29,109 nucleotides of DNA from an uncultured Candidatus Poseidoniales archaeon. GTDB taxonomy: Archaea; Thermoplasmatota; Poseidoniia; Poseidoniales; Thalassarchaeaceae. The position numbers and the translations under genes are program-made. The DNA is taken from the NCBI GenBank assembly GCA_964645485.1, contig CAZXZO010000015.1, positions 1-29,109 on the forward strand, written 5' to 3'. Shown here piece by piece: positions 8,201 through 21,189 of the stretch. Position 1 is the first letter of the stretch; each line of letters begins with the position of its first letter. The notes below the pieces were generated by a model, which was not told the origin of the DNA, did no database searches, and worked only from the letters and a program-made list of their open reading frames with translations.

Positions 8201-9383
8201 AGGATTGTCCTCACTACCAAAGGCTTACATCATTGAAATTGAAAACCCACTTCCAATCCCACGTGTTAGCATTTACGAAGCACGTGACCCAGCCACTGGA
8301 GGTCCGATTGATGCACCTAGTGACGACGATAGCCAGTTCAATTGGAGACACACATTTACTGATTCAGGAGATATCTTCGTAGCACCTGGAACTTGGCTCC
8401 GATTCAATTCAAGTGGCAGCAGAGATGGAGATGCACAATTTGTTGGCATGGATGTCCCAATTGACGAAAGTAACCCTAATTGGAATGGTTTAATTGAATA
8501 CACATGGGACTTTGGTGATGGTTCGCCATTAGTCAACACACCCAATGTATGGCACGCATACACCACACCTGGATTGTACACCATAACTCTCACACTGAGG
8601 GATGGGTTTGGTACAGGAGATGTCAACCAGACTACTCGAAATGTGTATGTTGCAAGTGCACCAGAAATAGTGACTACAACACTATTTGATGAAGCCATTT
8701 ATTCAGAAGGTGAATACCTTCTTTCTGGTGCTGCAATCGACCATGATGGCGCACTAGGATTCAGCGCTTGGTACGATGATGACGTTTACTTTGACAGCGA
8801 TGGCAATGGTATACCAGATGATGACCACGATATTAGTGAATCAATTGTTGGACAATTAGCATTGCAGGTTCAATGGGATGTTGATGACCGCATGGATGTT
8901 GATGCTGACGGGGATAACACCAACGATTGGATTGAAGAAAGTTCACAAGGATACATCACTGTAAATTGGACCGAACCGGGAGAAATATTCGTTGCACTGA
9001 AGGTCTGTAATGGAATCGGTGTTTGTACAGAAAAAGGATACCCGCTTCGAATCAGAGACCCATCTGAACAGGATGATTCAATTGCTGATTTCAGCCTAGA
9101 TTCATTGCTTCCAAAAGCAGAAAGTAGTGGAATGATGCTGGGTGCACTTCTAGTTGTTCTATTGATACTAGGATGGTTAGTTATGCGACAACCAACAGAG
9201 ACCGAAGCTGATGCTGAGGATAGACAAGATTCCTACGATGTTTCAACAGTTGAAACCGAAGGTGGCGTTCTTGGTATGGATCACCACGCCCCGCCACCCA
9301 AACCTAAGCATCTCACCACGAAAGACCGGCGTAGCAAGGAATCGGGTTATGTGCGTCCCGTGACTTCGCGAAGGCGCAGGTGA
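5247..9383 (+). CDS. Large surface-anchored zinc metallopeptidase (gluzincin, M30/hyicolysin-like) with PKD domains
   Basis: Signal peptide MQIRTSLFL...VAA; DVDNN..GGYF; HELQH (5898-5912) plus WIDEG (third-ligand Glu at 5958); several Y.WDFGDG/WDWGDG PKD signatures; DxDxDG Ca-binding-like motifs; C-terminal TM and basic tail. The start is uncertain (ATG 5232 or 5247; ORF track 5169). Confidence 0.8.
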   Translation: MQIRTSLFLTILMIAATLVPALAPTVAAESENDLQVGEIIGDIADFDATAHGKEYMMVDGDPLYSATRLHKMAWADAGYPDLVMPFANGKSGKSTSKACVPLSQGNVLTVPTSGGQISVTVEKTTTTAAFLVQAGQTVSSSVLNNYASTWSTTIYPTLTQYFGAAPDVDNNCQIMVIIYDIDGPWSIGGYFAPSLASQREAVYVDVNDLSWGDTIIAHELQHLLHNSRDPFEYIWIDEGNADMAAFLCFGATSTIIGHANEWAQNSYTSVRWWNQSTGDYGAGFLFMLYLAAKLGGGAAIQSLVADTATGGAGIVNLANNPVPGSPGNIGNTISDIFANFTVATLLDDSQNPFGLDNIDMYQNCGASQFCRLQITDSNSNWGSVWSSQGDPLEGWGVRAYKFTGGTGSPLNVMVQASEIGFAGRLVYREIATGTWTSVPLEFNGGMATGLVSGFGNVSDDVYVLTWYESLVDDCDYAMANCGWPGGGGTQYPIATVDVYAALISQPATIRQDFLRVHDRDGDSMGDTLEWNLEINSTAFWENLEIRIEAFHNNTLHDTISIPVGVGGGVTSNRSVWFTPPWDGNWQLYARLYDQIGDPVPNAAVLTLPTNVYNMAPVATGSLSSNTSQTWLPIQFNGAGYDIWGLSANNQTYTHNSSPVGYLWDFGDGGQSWLRTPSRAYTQTGDFNASLQVTDIGGKQSNMQNWSMNITDTIMPTVKISVAGQEVIGGMTLLTSQRVRFEAYMTDDNVPDEYLDFQWDWGDGTNEGGIGYTEAPHSWSNGSANGTIYNLVLTVNDGTFTVNQTLTILILNRVPRLIHDLPLEVDTLTPLPLPTMFTDDDGTIDSWQWFFSDPVNLDGGTVTKLSNFDQTVSGDQNPTPAWLTPGLKNVTIIATDNSGNSTAAILQVTVNNQRPVALFDRPSSGDTMTPYMFVSHSWDPDGQNGNMTTIWTISEDNTTITNQTSIVHQFSTPGTHVVELVVIDELGLSSLPKAYIIEIENPLPIPRVSIYEARDPATGGPIDAPSDDDSQFNWRHTFTDSGDIFVAPGTWLRFNSSGSRDGDAQFVGMDVPIDESNPNWNGLIEYTWDFGDGSPLVNTPNVWHAYTTPGLYTITLTLRDGFGTGDVNQTTRNVYVASAPEIVTTTLFDEAIYSEGEYLLSGAAIDHDGALGFSAWYDDDVYFDSDGNGIPDDDHDISESIVGQLALQVQWDVDDRMDVDADGDNTNDWIEESSQGYITVNWTEPGEIFVALKVCNGIGVCTEKGYPLRIRDPSEQDDSIADFSLDSLLPKAESSGMMLGALLVVLLILGWLVMRQPTETEADAEDRQDSYDVSTVETEGGVLGMDHHAPPPKPKHLTTKDRRSKESGYVRPVTSRRRR

Positions 9384-9391
9384 CCAGTGCG

Positions 9392-10384
9392 ATGTATGGG
9401 CGAGGACCTGAATTAGCGAGGAAAAACCTCTCTTTGATGTTAATCCTGTTGATAATCACCCCAATTCTCCTGTCTTTACCTAGTGTGTTTTCCATCCCTA
9501 AAGTTGAGGCGGCATCGAACTGTACTTATGACTCGAAGAAAGCAGGCGAGTGGCATCAAGAAGTAAGTAGTTTCAATTTAACAGGGTCTAATGAAAATGA
9601 TGCCTGGGCTAATGAGGACCGAGAATTCCAAGAAGAAAGTGGGTCATTCTGGCCAAGCCAGATGGGCGACAATATTTACAATAGCAGTGAATTAAAGGCG
9701 CTCCGCACAGATTTCCATGCATCCTTTGAGGTGAAAAATGATACCGCCTCTGGATTACGGCTCAACCTAACTTCTGGATATCGTTACACATTTTGTGTTG
9801 TAACTCATTCTGAAAATTCTAGCAATTACCTTGAGGCACCAATGGTTGACTTTTATCTAATCAAAAAATATGATTGGGACTTCTATCGAAACGATTACTC
9901 AATGCGGGTGTGGGAAAACCGAAATTTACTCGACAAAATACCCCCTGAATGGAGAGATGTATCTGCTTGGATGCCTTACAGAGACATTCATGCTTACGAA
10001 GGTGAAAAGGCAACTGATTTCGCCGTGAGTCTTGATCATGACGAAGTATCTGGAGGATTTTTTGGTCTTGCTGAACAAGAAACCCAATGGATGTACCTAG
10101 TCATTGATGGCTGGGATAATATGCGGGACAGCGATACGCCAGCACCACATCGGAATTTTTCTGTTGACATCACGATTATGACAGAAGAAAGATTTACTCT
10201 GCCAAACTACACGGTTGCATTATTTTGTGGTGGATTGTTCGTGATGCTTATTGCAACCCCTATCATATTACATTCAAGATATCAACGAGCGGGTGTTGGC
10301 ACGGGTAGCGAAGGTGAGCAGGGTGTGGACTTGATGCCGATGCTAGAAACAGAGGCTACTAAGCCCCCGCCACCGATGAATTAG
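9392..10384 (+). CDS. Hypothetical exported protein with a C-terminal TM anchor
   Basis: N-terminal signal/TM, a soluble beta-rich middle region, a TM near the C-terminus and a KPPPPMN end. AGGTGA (9378-9383) overlaps the upstream stop and lies 8 nt before ATG 9392; the alternative start is GTG 9380. No family recognised. Confidence 0.7.
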   Translation: MYGRGPELARKNLSLMLILLIITPILLSLPSVFSIPKVEAASNCTYDSKKAGEWHQEVSSFNLTGSNENDAWANEDREFQEESGSFWPSQMGDNIYNSSELKALRTDFHASFEVKNDTASGLRLNLTSGYRYTFCVVTHSENSSNYLEAPMVDFYLIKKYDWDFYRNDYSMRVWENRNLLDKIPPEWRDVSAWMPYRDIHAYEGEKATDFAVSLDHDEVSGGFFGLAEQETQWMYLVIDGWDNMRDSDTPAPHRNFSVDITIMTEERFTLPNYTVALFCGGLFVMLIATPIILHSRYQRAGVGTGSEGEQGVDLMPMLETEATKPPPPMN

Positions 10385-10427
10385 GCAGCCAAAATTATCG
10401 GCTAAATGTGAATTTGAAATTTTATTA

Positions 10428-11219
10428 TCATTCACTTGAATGCCCTAGCATTTTCCAAGCAATCATCAAATCACGGACGTTTATTAATCCTTTATCAGCG
10501 AGTGAAAAACCGCGCTTTAGAGTCGTAAAAACCAATTTTTGACCCAAAAGAGGGGCGTGAATCCTTGGCCAATCACCACCAATTCCTTGCCCCATAAGAG
10601 CATAAGAATCGTCTGAGTTTCTTAGTTTCCAACCCGCCTCAAAGATACTGAGAGCATCATCATGTTGTCTTGAATTATAGCAAAGTTTGATGATGTCGCC
10701 TGCGCCACTATTTTCTTCATATTGCTCAATAATTTCTTCAGTTGATGGGGTTGATTCGAGGTCGTGGAAAGAAGCGACAACAGTTGCGCCTGAGTCTTTT
10801 GCAGCCTTTACTAATGATGCTCTGGCTTTTGCTTCAATGCTAATTTCTATGTCAATCCAAGATACACCGCTCTCAATAGCCTGCTGAAGTACCCCAATTC
10901 TTGCACCTTCATCATCAGGGAATTCTCCTCCTTCTGACTTCGACCTGCATGTGAATAAGACTGGTTTGTCAATGCCTTTTTTCAGCTGGTTAATCGCTTC
11001 ACCAACATCAACATCACTAATTTCTCTAGCAACATATTCGGTTGATGTTTCGTTAACCCCATCGGCATTTTGAACAGTTACATTGACTGGTTCAACATAT
11101 AATTTGTCAAATCGGACTTCAATTAGGTCGCCCCCTTCAGCAGTTGCTTGCTCGGCCTGCTTCAACACCTCTTGTACAGTGTTTCCACCCAGAACAATAC
11201 ATACCAGCGGAAGGGCCAT
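10428..11219 (-). CDS. aroD: Type I 3-dehydroquinate dehydratase
   Basis: DLIEVRFD, LFTCRSKSEGG, WIDIE, VVASFHD (catalytic His), DIIKL (Schiff-base Lys) and MG.....RI. The gene ends in TGA TAA TAA. Start is ATG 11219 or GTG 11231. Confidence 0.9.
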   Translation of the reverse strand: MALPLVCIVLGGNTVQEVLKQAEQATAEGGDLIEVRFDKLYVEPVNVTVQNADGVNETSTEYVAREISDVDVGEAINQLKKGIDKPVLFTCRSKSEGGEFPDDEGARIGVLQQAIESGVSWIDIEISIEAKARASLVKAAKDSGATVVASFHDLESTPSTEEIIEQYEENSGAGDIIKLCYNSRQHDDALSIFEAGWKLRNSDDSYALMGQGIGGDWPRIHAPLLGQKLVFTTLKRGFSLADKGLINVRDLMIAWKMLGHSSE

Positions 11220-11432
11220 TGTGGCGGCCACTAATGCCCTCTGTTTAACGATAGTGTTTGGGAATTATTTTGAACCCTGAATGGTGGGGCCTATTTTGGT
11301 GGAGAAAATGAGTGAAAAAATGGTCTTTCCAAAGGTTGTAAAATCGCTAAAATTGGACAGAAATAAAGGAGTTTGGAATCGCTATATTTCGCTGAATTCG
11401 AAGGTAGGGTTTATGAACCGAATAGCGGCGGC

Positions 11433-11441
11433 TTTAAAATA
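11433..11441 (+). promoter_or_regulatory. Putative archaeal TATA box for the gyrB-gyrA operon
   Basis: TTTAAAATA lies 48 nt upstream of gyrB ATG 11489. No clear purine-rich BRE precedes it. Confidence 0.5.
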
Positions 11442-11443
11442 CA

Positions 11444-16154
<4,711 letters not shown>

Positions 16155-16208
16155 TTCATCATTACCTCCGCTCGGCTTAAGACGGATTGGCAGGTCGGCA
16201 GGTCCGTT

Positions 16209-16294
16209 GCGACGTTCGCATAGCCTGGCCATCGCGCCGGATTGCTAATCCGGTGGGTTTACCCGCGGGAGTTCGAATCTCCCACGTCGCGCCA
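16209..16294 (+). tRNA. tRNA-Ser (anticodon GCT), intronless, with encoded CCA
   Basis: Acceptor stem GCGACGT (16209-16215)/ACGTCGC (16284-16290); D-loop AGCCTGG; anticodon arm CCGGA-TTGCTAA-TCCGG; long variable arm GGGT-TT-ACCC; T arm GGGAG-TTCGAAT-CTCCC; discriminator G then CCA. Confidence 0.97.
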
Positions 16295-16355
16295 TCAACA
16301 ATCATCAGATGGAATTACAAATCACCTAACTTCGGCTGAGAATAATCAGTGTTAG

Positions 16356-19300
16356 TTAGTTGAAGATATCTTCAAGGTCGTCTGCCATATCTTCTGCATC
16401 CAACATATCTTGTCGCATTTGATGCCTTTTCTTATCTCGTTTTATTCGGCGTCGAACTCCTCTTGTCTGGTTAATGATAACTGGAATCATAACTATGTTG
16501 AGTAATATAATTGCAAATGCCATCATTGCACTTGTCCTAAATGCACCGATACCCCAGAAATCTAAGGCTTCTCCAAGCCATTCCACCCCATATGGTGGTG
16601 GTTTTTCAGGCGGAGGAGCTGGAATTAAATCGCTATTATGATCCCAAAATTGGTTGCCGATATCGACTGTTTCAATATTACCTTGAAGAGGTGCATAATC
16701 AACATTGCCGACATCATCAATTGGCACTAAGATATAATGGTAAATATGTTCTTTTTCAATCCCATTTCTGAATCTATCTTCTTTTTGATGGTAGGTACCC
16801 TGTGTACCTGGCTCCCCCCACATATCTGTCTCAATTGGTTCAATCCAAGTCAAATCAGAAGGTATCATATCTACACGGAATAATTCCCAAGTGATATTAT
16901 CTTCTTCACCGTAATCTGGCCAAATCCAGGAAATATCCACGTGATGAATATTCTGTCCTGAACTGTTGTCAAAGGACACTACATGATTCATGTTTTGGAC
17001 CTCAACAAACGGAGGGGTTGCATCCCCACACTGCCATTCTACAGAATTTCCATTCCATCCGACCGCTCCTCCATGTGAATAATCAGGATTACCTTCCCTA
17101 TCGATAGCCATTACAAGATAAGATACACAAGTCCCATCTTGGAGAGGGGCTGGGTCGTCCCAAAAAGTTCCATGCGGCTCAATATCTGCTACTTCAGAAC
17201 CTATTACAGATTGAAATTGTGAGTTGTTTTCAAACGGCCAAAAGAATGGGAACGACAATCTTCGATAAACTCGCCATCCAGCAAAATATGGATTGTCAAG
17301 GTCTCCCGTTGGCTCCCATTGAACCCGGAGAGCCCCGCCTGGCCGTTGAACAGTAGTGAGATTTTCTAGACCCACTGTTGCTGGAACTAAATCCCCTGCG
17401 ATTAAGTATATTCCATTTGAAAAATCGGAGTCATAAATATGCAAAGTATCGTTTTCTACATTGATTTCATACATAGATGGAAATTGTAATTCGCTAATTG
17501 CTGTTGTAGTTTTGGATTCCATCCTGAATAATTGAATCGACTCACGGTCCAAATCATCTGGGATCATCCCGGTCAAAGAAATCCATGATTCTGTGAAAAC
17601 AATCCCGGGGTCCGTTACCGAAGCCAAGGACGGTTCAAGGTCGAAATCAATTATTCTCAATGTTGAGAGTCCTGCATCCCTAACTAAAGAATAATCAAAA
17701 CCTGCAGGAGGATATTCTGGTTCGTTGAACACATAGTTTACTTGTTCATCTAAGACTGATTCGCCACCCACAACCCATGGGTCATAAACCATAGAAATTC
17801 GGTTCTGTATCCTCACATTCCTAACTCCTGTTTCTACCTGTCCTTGAGCATCTCTTGTTGTCAGGGCTATTAACCACTCACCCATTGGTAAAGTAGCAGT
17901 GATTATTTGCCCGTACCCGATTACTTCTTCGTAATTCAATCGCCAAGTAAAATTCATCGGCATTGCTGAATGTTGACTCACTTGACCAATGAATAAAATT
18001 GAATCTCCACTATCAAATCTCTCACCTTCTAGTGGATGACTGATTGTTGGATATGCAGGCTGGTGACGGCTACTAACTTCTACCTCATACCAATTATCAG
18101 AGGGATTAACGTCTATTCCATTTAGCCCTACTGGAAATTCTGCTCGCAGAACCAAGTCTCCAATAATTGGCATTGAAAACACACATGAGGCTGTTTCTTC
18201 TGGATCCATCACCACATCACATGGATTAGGGCCATCAAGTAAAGTGCCATTCAAATCAAAAATACTCAAAATGATTGATGTGTTCACATGCATAGACCCA
18301 ATGTTTCCAACTGTCACTCGAATTGAATTATCTCCAAGAGGGTAAAGAGAATTATTCTGGTCTCCAACCTGAATGACTTGGCCTGCACCCCTTGCAGGCT
18401 CAATACTTTCAATCCATACATCAGTATCATCATTTACATTGATCATCATTGAATCCATGTTATTCCAATCATTCATGTCACCATCTGATGATAGTAGGCC
18501 CGCTCGTAGGAAAAATATACCCGGAGATGGTGCCACTAAATCGGGTAGACCAGCAACCCAGCGTTGGTCGGTGGCAGGTGGTGGAAGTGAGGTTAGTTGT
18601 TGTGAGGCAACGATTAACCTTCCTGAACCATAATCAATTGAGGAATATGTTACTTGCTGTGTTAAATCACCTCTTCCAAGTTGGCCTTCTTGGTTTCTAC
18701 CTGTACAAGCACTCATCTGATTATCCAACACTATGCAAGTATGGCTTCCACCCAAACTGAAATTCACAACTTGACTAGGCAGGTTGATAGAAATATTTTG
18801 AGATAAATAGGTCGAATTCAAATCCCCCGAACCCAGTTGGCCTTCGTCATTAGAACCCCAACAATTCAAGGCATCTAAGTTGGTTACCACACAAGAATGT
18901 GAATCACCCACAGCAATTGAATTTGCTAATTGATTATCTGACAAAGTTACCGACACTGGAGCATTTTCATTGTTATAATGGCCTAAGCCAAGTTGACCTT
19001 CATCATTCAAGCCCCAACATTTGACAGTTTCATCATCTAGAGTTGCACATGTATGGCCTAAACCGGCGGATAAGGAAAGTGCCGTTCTATCTGCACCCAA
19101 ATCAACCCATGAAGGGGTATTCACCCATATATCGGGAGTTCCTAAACCAAGTTGACCATAAAGATTCCAACCCCAACAACTAACAGAACCATTGTCGATA
19201 ATTGCACAAGTGTGTCGATAACCAGCCGTTATTTGAATGGCAGTATGATTCTCAGTTAAGTTGACCCAAAGAGGCGTATTTCGGCTAGTAAAATTACCAA

Positions 19301-20342
19301 ATCCAAGTTGTCCCTCAATATTTCTGCCCCAACAATTTACGCTGCCATTATCAATAATCACACATGAATGTGTGTCACCAGTGGCAATTGCATCAACGGT
19401 ATTGACTCCAAATGAAACAATTTGTGGTGAGGTTTGCATTATATTGTTTCCAATTCCAAGTTGGCCGTTATTATTAGAGCCCCAGCACTTCACTGAAGAA
19501 TCATCTAAAATTGTACACGAGTGATTCCCACCTGTAGCAACACTTGTGGCAGTTCTCCCCTCGCCTAGAGAAAGAGTTACTGGGATGTTTTGACTAGCGA
19601 TACTCCCTAACCCTAATTGACCGAAATTATTCTTCCCCCAACACTCCAAGGAACCTTCATCCAAGATTGCACATGAGTGGGACCCACCAGAATATATTGT
19701 GTCAGCGTAGATTTTTTCATTGTATAATTCCCAACCGAAAGTTGCATTATCACCTGATTGCCAAGAGCGACGATAAAATTCTGCTGAGATTGGATACGAC
19801 GTTCCACTATTGTATACTTCATCTCCGTCAAAATTGATATGATTCAAGGAAATATCTCTGAGCGGAGCGGCAACATTGAATGTGTAGGAAATCATATCAT
19901 CCGAGGTGTCAGCGTCATTATCTGTGAACATGAAAAATATAGTATGTATTCCTGTTAAAGAGGGCTGATACAGATTCGTGAATGAGACATCTACCGTTTG
20001 AAAACCAGGTACAGACCCGGTACTTGAAAAACCTTCATTTGTATTTCCTGAGCACTCTGTATTCGCCGTATGGTCACCCACACAGATTTGCCAACTTACT
20101 TGCCGAGAGGTATGAGTTGAGAGTAAATCGTTCTTAATTTGCACTTTAGGAGAGATAAATGACGTGTCCCTATCATAAGTTGCACCTTCGATTGGCTGAA
20201 TCCCTGAAATTATACTCAAATCGCCCGAAACAACAGCGCTTACAGTTGGGGTAAATGCAGTAAAAGAGACTGAAATCATCAATAATGCCAACAATTTGGC
20301 AAACACTCGCGCGCCCGACCTATCCCTCGCGCCCCCACGCAT
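16356..20342 (-). CDS. Large surface protein with a seven-bladed RCC1/BLIP-II propeller, Ig/Fn3-like domains and a C-terminal TM anchor
   Basis: Signal peptide; seven G..H(S/T)C.I...G...CWG.N..GQLG repeats; downstream beta-sandwich-like segments; TM (FWGIGAF...MIPVII) followed by a basic then acidic tail. Confidence 0.85.
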   Translation of the reverse strand: MRGGARDRSGARVFAKLLALLMISVSFTAFTPTVSAVVSGDLSIISGIQPIEGATYDRDTSFISPKVQIKNDLLSTHTSRQVSWQICVGDHTANTECSGNTNEGFSSTGSVPGFQTVDVSFTNLYQPSLTGIHTIFFMFTDNDADTSDDMISYTFNVAAPLRDISLNHINFDGDEVYNSGTSYPISAEFYRRSWQSGDNATFGWELYNEKIYADTIYSGGSHSCAILDEGSLECWGKNNFGQLGLGSIASQNIPVTLSLGEGRTATSVATGGNHSCTILDDSSVKCWGSNNNGQLGIGNNIMQTSPQIVSFGVNTVDAIATGDTHSCVIIDNGSVNCWGRNIEGQLGFGNFTSRNTPLWVNLTENHTAIQITAGYRHTCAIIDNGSVSCWGWNLYGQLGLGTPDIWVNTPSWVDLGADRTALSLSAGLGHTCATLDDETVKCWGLNDEGQLGLGHYNNENAPVSVTLSDNQLANSIAVGDSHSCVVTNLDALNCWGSNDEGQLGSGDLNSTYLSQNISINLPSQVVNFSLGGSHTCIVLDNQMSACTGRNQEGQLGRGDLTQQVTYSSIDYGSGRLIVASQQLTSLPPPATDQRWVAGLPDLVAPSPGIFFLRAGLLSSDGDMNDWNNMDSMMINVNDDTDVWIESIEPARGAGQVIQVGDQNNSLYPLGDNSIRVTVGNIGSMHVNTSIILSIFDLNGTLLDGPNPCDVVMDPEETASCVFSMPIIGDLVLRAEFPVGLNGIDVNPSDNWYEVEVSSRHQPAYPTISHPLEGERFDSGDSILFIGQVSQHSAMPMNFTWRLNYEEVIGYGQIITATLPMGEWLIALTTRDAQGQVETGVRNVRIQNRISMVYDPWVVGGESVLDEQVNYVFNEPEYPPAGFDYSLVRDAGLSTLRIIDFDLEPSLASVTDPGIVFTESWISLTGMIPDDLDRESIQLFRMESKTTTAISELQFPSMYEINVENDTLHIYDSDFSNGIYLIAGDLVPATVGLENLTTVQRPGGALRVQWEPTGDLDNPYFAGWRVYRRLSFPFFWPFENNSQFQSVIGSEVADIEPHGTFWDDPAPLQDGTCVSYLVMAIDREGNPDYSHGGAVGWNGNSVEWQCGDATPPFVEVQNMNHVVSFDNSSGQNIHHVDISWIWPDYGEEDNITWELFRVDMIPSDLTWIEPIETDMWGEPGTQGTYHQKEDRFRNGIEKEHIYHYILVPIDDVGNVDYAPLQGNIETVDIGNQFWDHNSDLIPAPPPEKPPPYGVEWLGEALDFWGIGAFRTSAMMAFAIILLNIVMIPVIINQTRGVRRRIKRDKKRHQMRQDMLDAEDMADDLEDIFN
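18625..19710 (-). repeat. Seven tandem RCC1 protein repeats (about 52 aa each)
   Basis: Seven GQLG-containing units counted, from ADTIYSGGSHSCAIL to VNFSLGGSHTCIVL...GQLGRG. Boundaries are approximate. Confidence 0.9.
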
Positions 20343-20406
20343 GGGACAACCTAAAACATGGGAGCCGTAAATAGCAAACGGCGGTTAGACAAGAAAAGTC
20401 GCTCAT

Positions 20407-21189
20407 TCAGGCTCTTGATGCCCAAGGCATTTTGGTATTTGCTAAACCTATCCCGGCTTCTTCACTTGATAAGGCGATGAAACCAACTTCAATATCTGCA
20501 GGGTATTGGTTAACCCCCCAATCTAAGACTTCTTGGAGGTCATTTCCTTGGGCTAACCTGTCAGCAATTCTGACAGATGACATCTTGAGAGTGATTTGTT
20601 CACCAATTCCTGTTGCTGCAATCCCGATACGTTGATCACACCATAATCCAGCACCAATGATTGGCACGTCACCGACTCTACCCGCCGGCATATCTGTGCA
20701 ACCTCCTGTAGATGTGGCTACGACAATTAGTCCGGATTTATCACGGGCAACAGCACCAACGGTGTCATTCCCAGAGGACTTCATTGAACCCTCAACATGT
20801 TCCCGTTGAACACCAATGCTATCTGCAAATTCCCGAGCACCCCTAGAAGAAAGAATGTTGACTTTTGCATCCAATAATTTTGCTGCAACTAAAATTGGAT
20901 TCTTAGTCTCTTGAATACAGGTTATTGCTCCAAATTGTCCCTTACTAGTCATCACCGCGGCATCTAGTTGTATACTTCCATCAGCTCGAATTCGGCCACC
21001 GGTTCCGGCATTCAATGCAGGGTCATCTTCCATTATTACAACTGATTTTAGAACAGCATCTAACGCTGTACCACCTGATTGTAAAATCTGCCAACCTGCT
21101 TCAACAGCAGCATCAACACCTGGCTGGTCTTTGGCACTGTGACCAGCACCACCATGGCAGACGATTGCCGGACTAGGGATTAGACTCAT
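20407..21189 (-). CDS. iaaA: Isoaspartyl peptidase / L-asparaginase (Ntn hydrolase, asparaginase type 2)
   Basis: HGGAG, EDDP.LNAG.G, LDAAVM, NPI.VA, DTVGAVA (nucleophile Thr), ATSTGG, GRVGD.P..GAG and ATG.GE. ATGA overlap with the upstream MFS gene. Confidence 0.9.
   Translation of the reverse strand: MSLIPSPAIVCHGGAGHSAKDQPGVDAAVEAGWQILQSGGTALDAVLKSVVIMEDDPALNAGTGGRIRADGSIQLDAAVMTSKGQFGAITCIQETKNPILVAAKLLDAKVNILSSRGAREFADSIGVQREHVEGSMKSSGNDTVGAVARDKSGLIVVATSTGGCTDMPAGRVGDVPIIGAGLWCDQRIGIAATGIGEQITLKMSSVRIADRLAQGNDLQEVLDWGVNQYPADIEVGFIALSSEEAGIGLANTKMPWASRA

Noticed and set aside
6146-8698. Antisense ORFs 6146-6583 and 8273-8698, and similar ones at 13811-14164, 24694-25032, 27471-27836 and 28167-28685
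   Set aside because: All lie fully opposite well-supported genes, with no motifs or SD sites; they are expected shadow frames.
11340-11430. Several TCGCT/AGCG words in the aroD-gyrB spacer, considered as origin (ORB) or iteron repeats
   Set aside because: They are only 5-7 bp, irregularly spaced, not ORB-like, and there is no cdc6/orc1 gene in the window.
16209-20342. Possible integrated element at tRNA-Ser carrying the RCC1 gene
   Set aside because: I saw no duplicate of the tRNA 3' end, no integrase or transposase, and no obvious compositional break.
20305-20342. GC-rich 5' end of the RCC1 gene with G-runs (G5, G3, G2, G3), considered as a G-quadruplex
   Set aside because: At most a two-tier quadruplex, and it is explained by Arg/Gly/Ala codons of the signal-peptide n-region.
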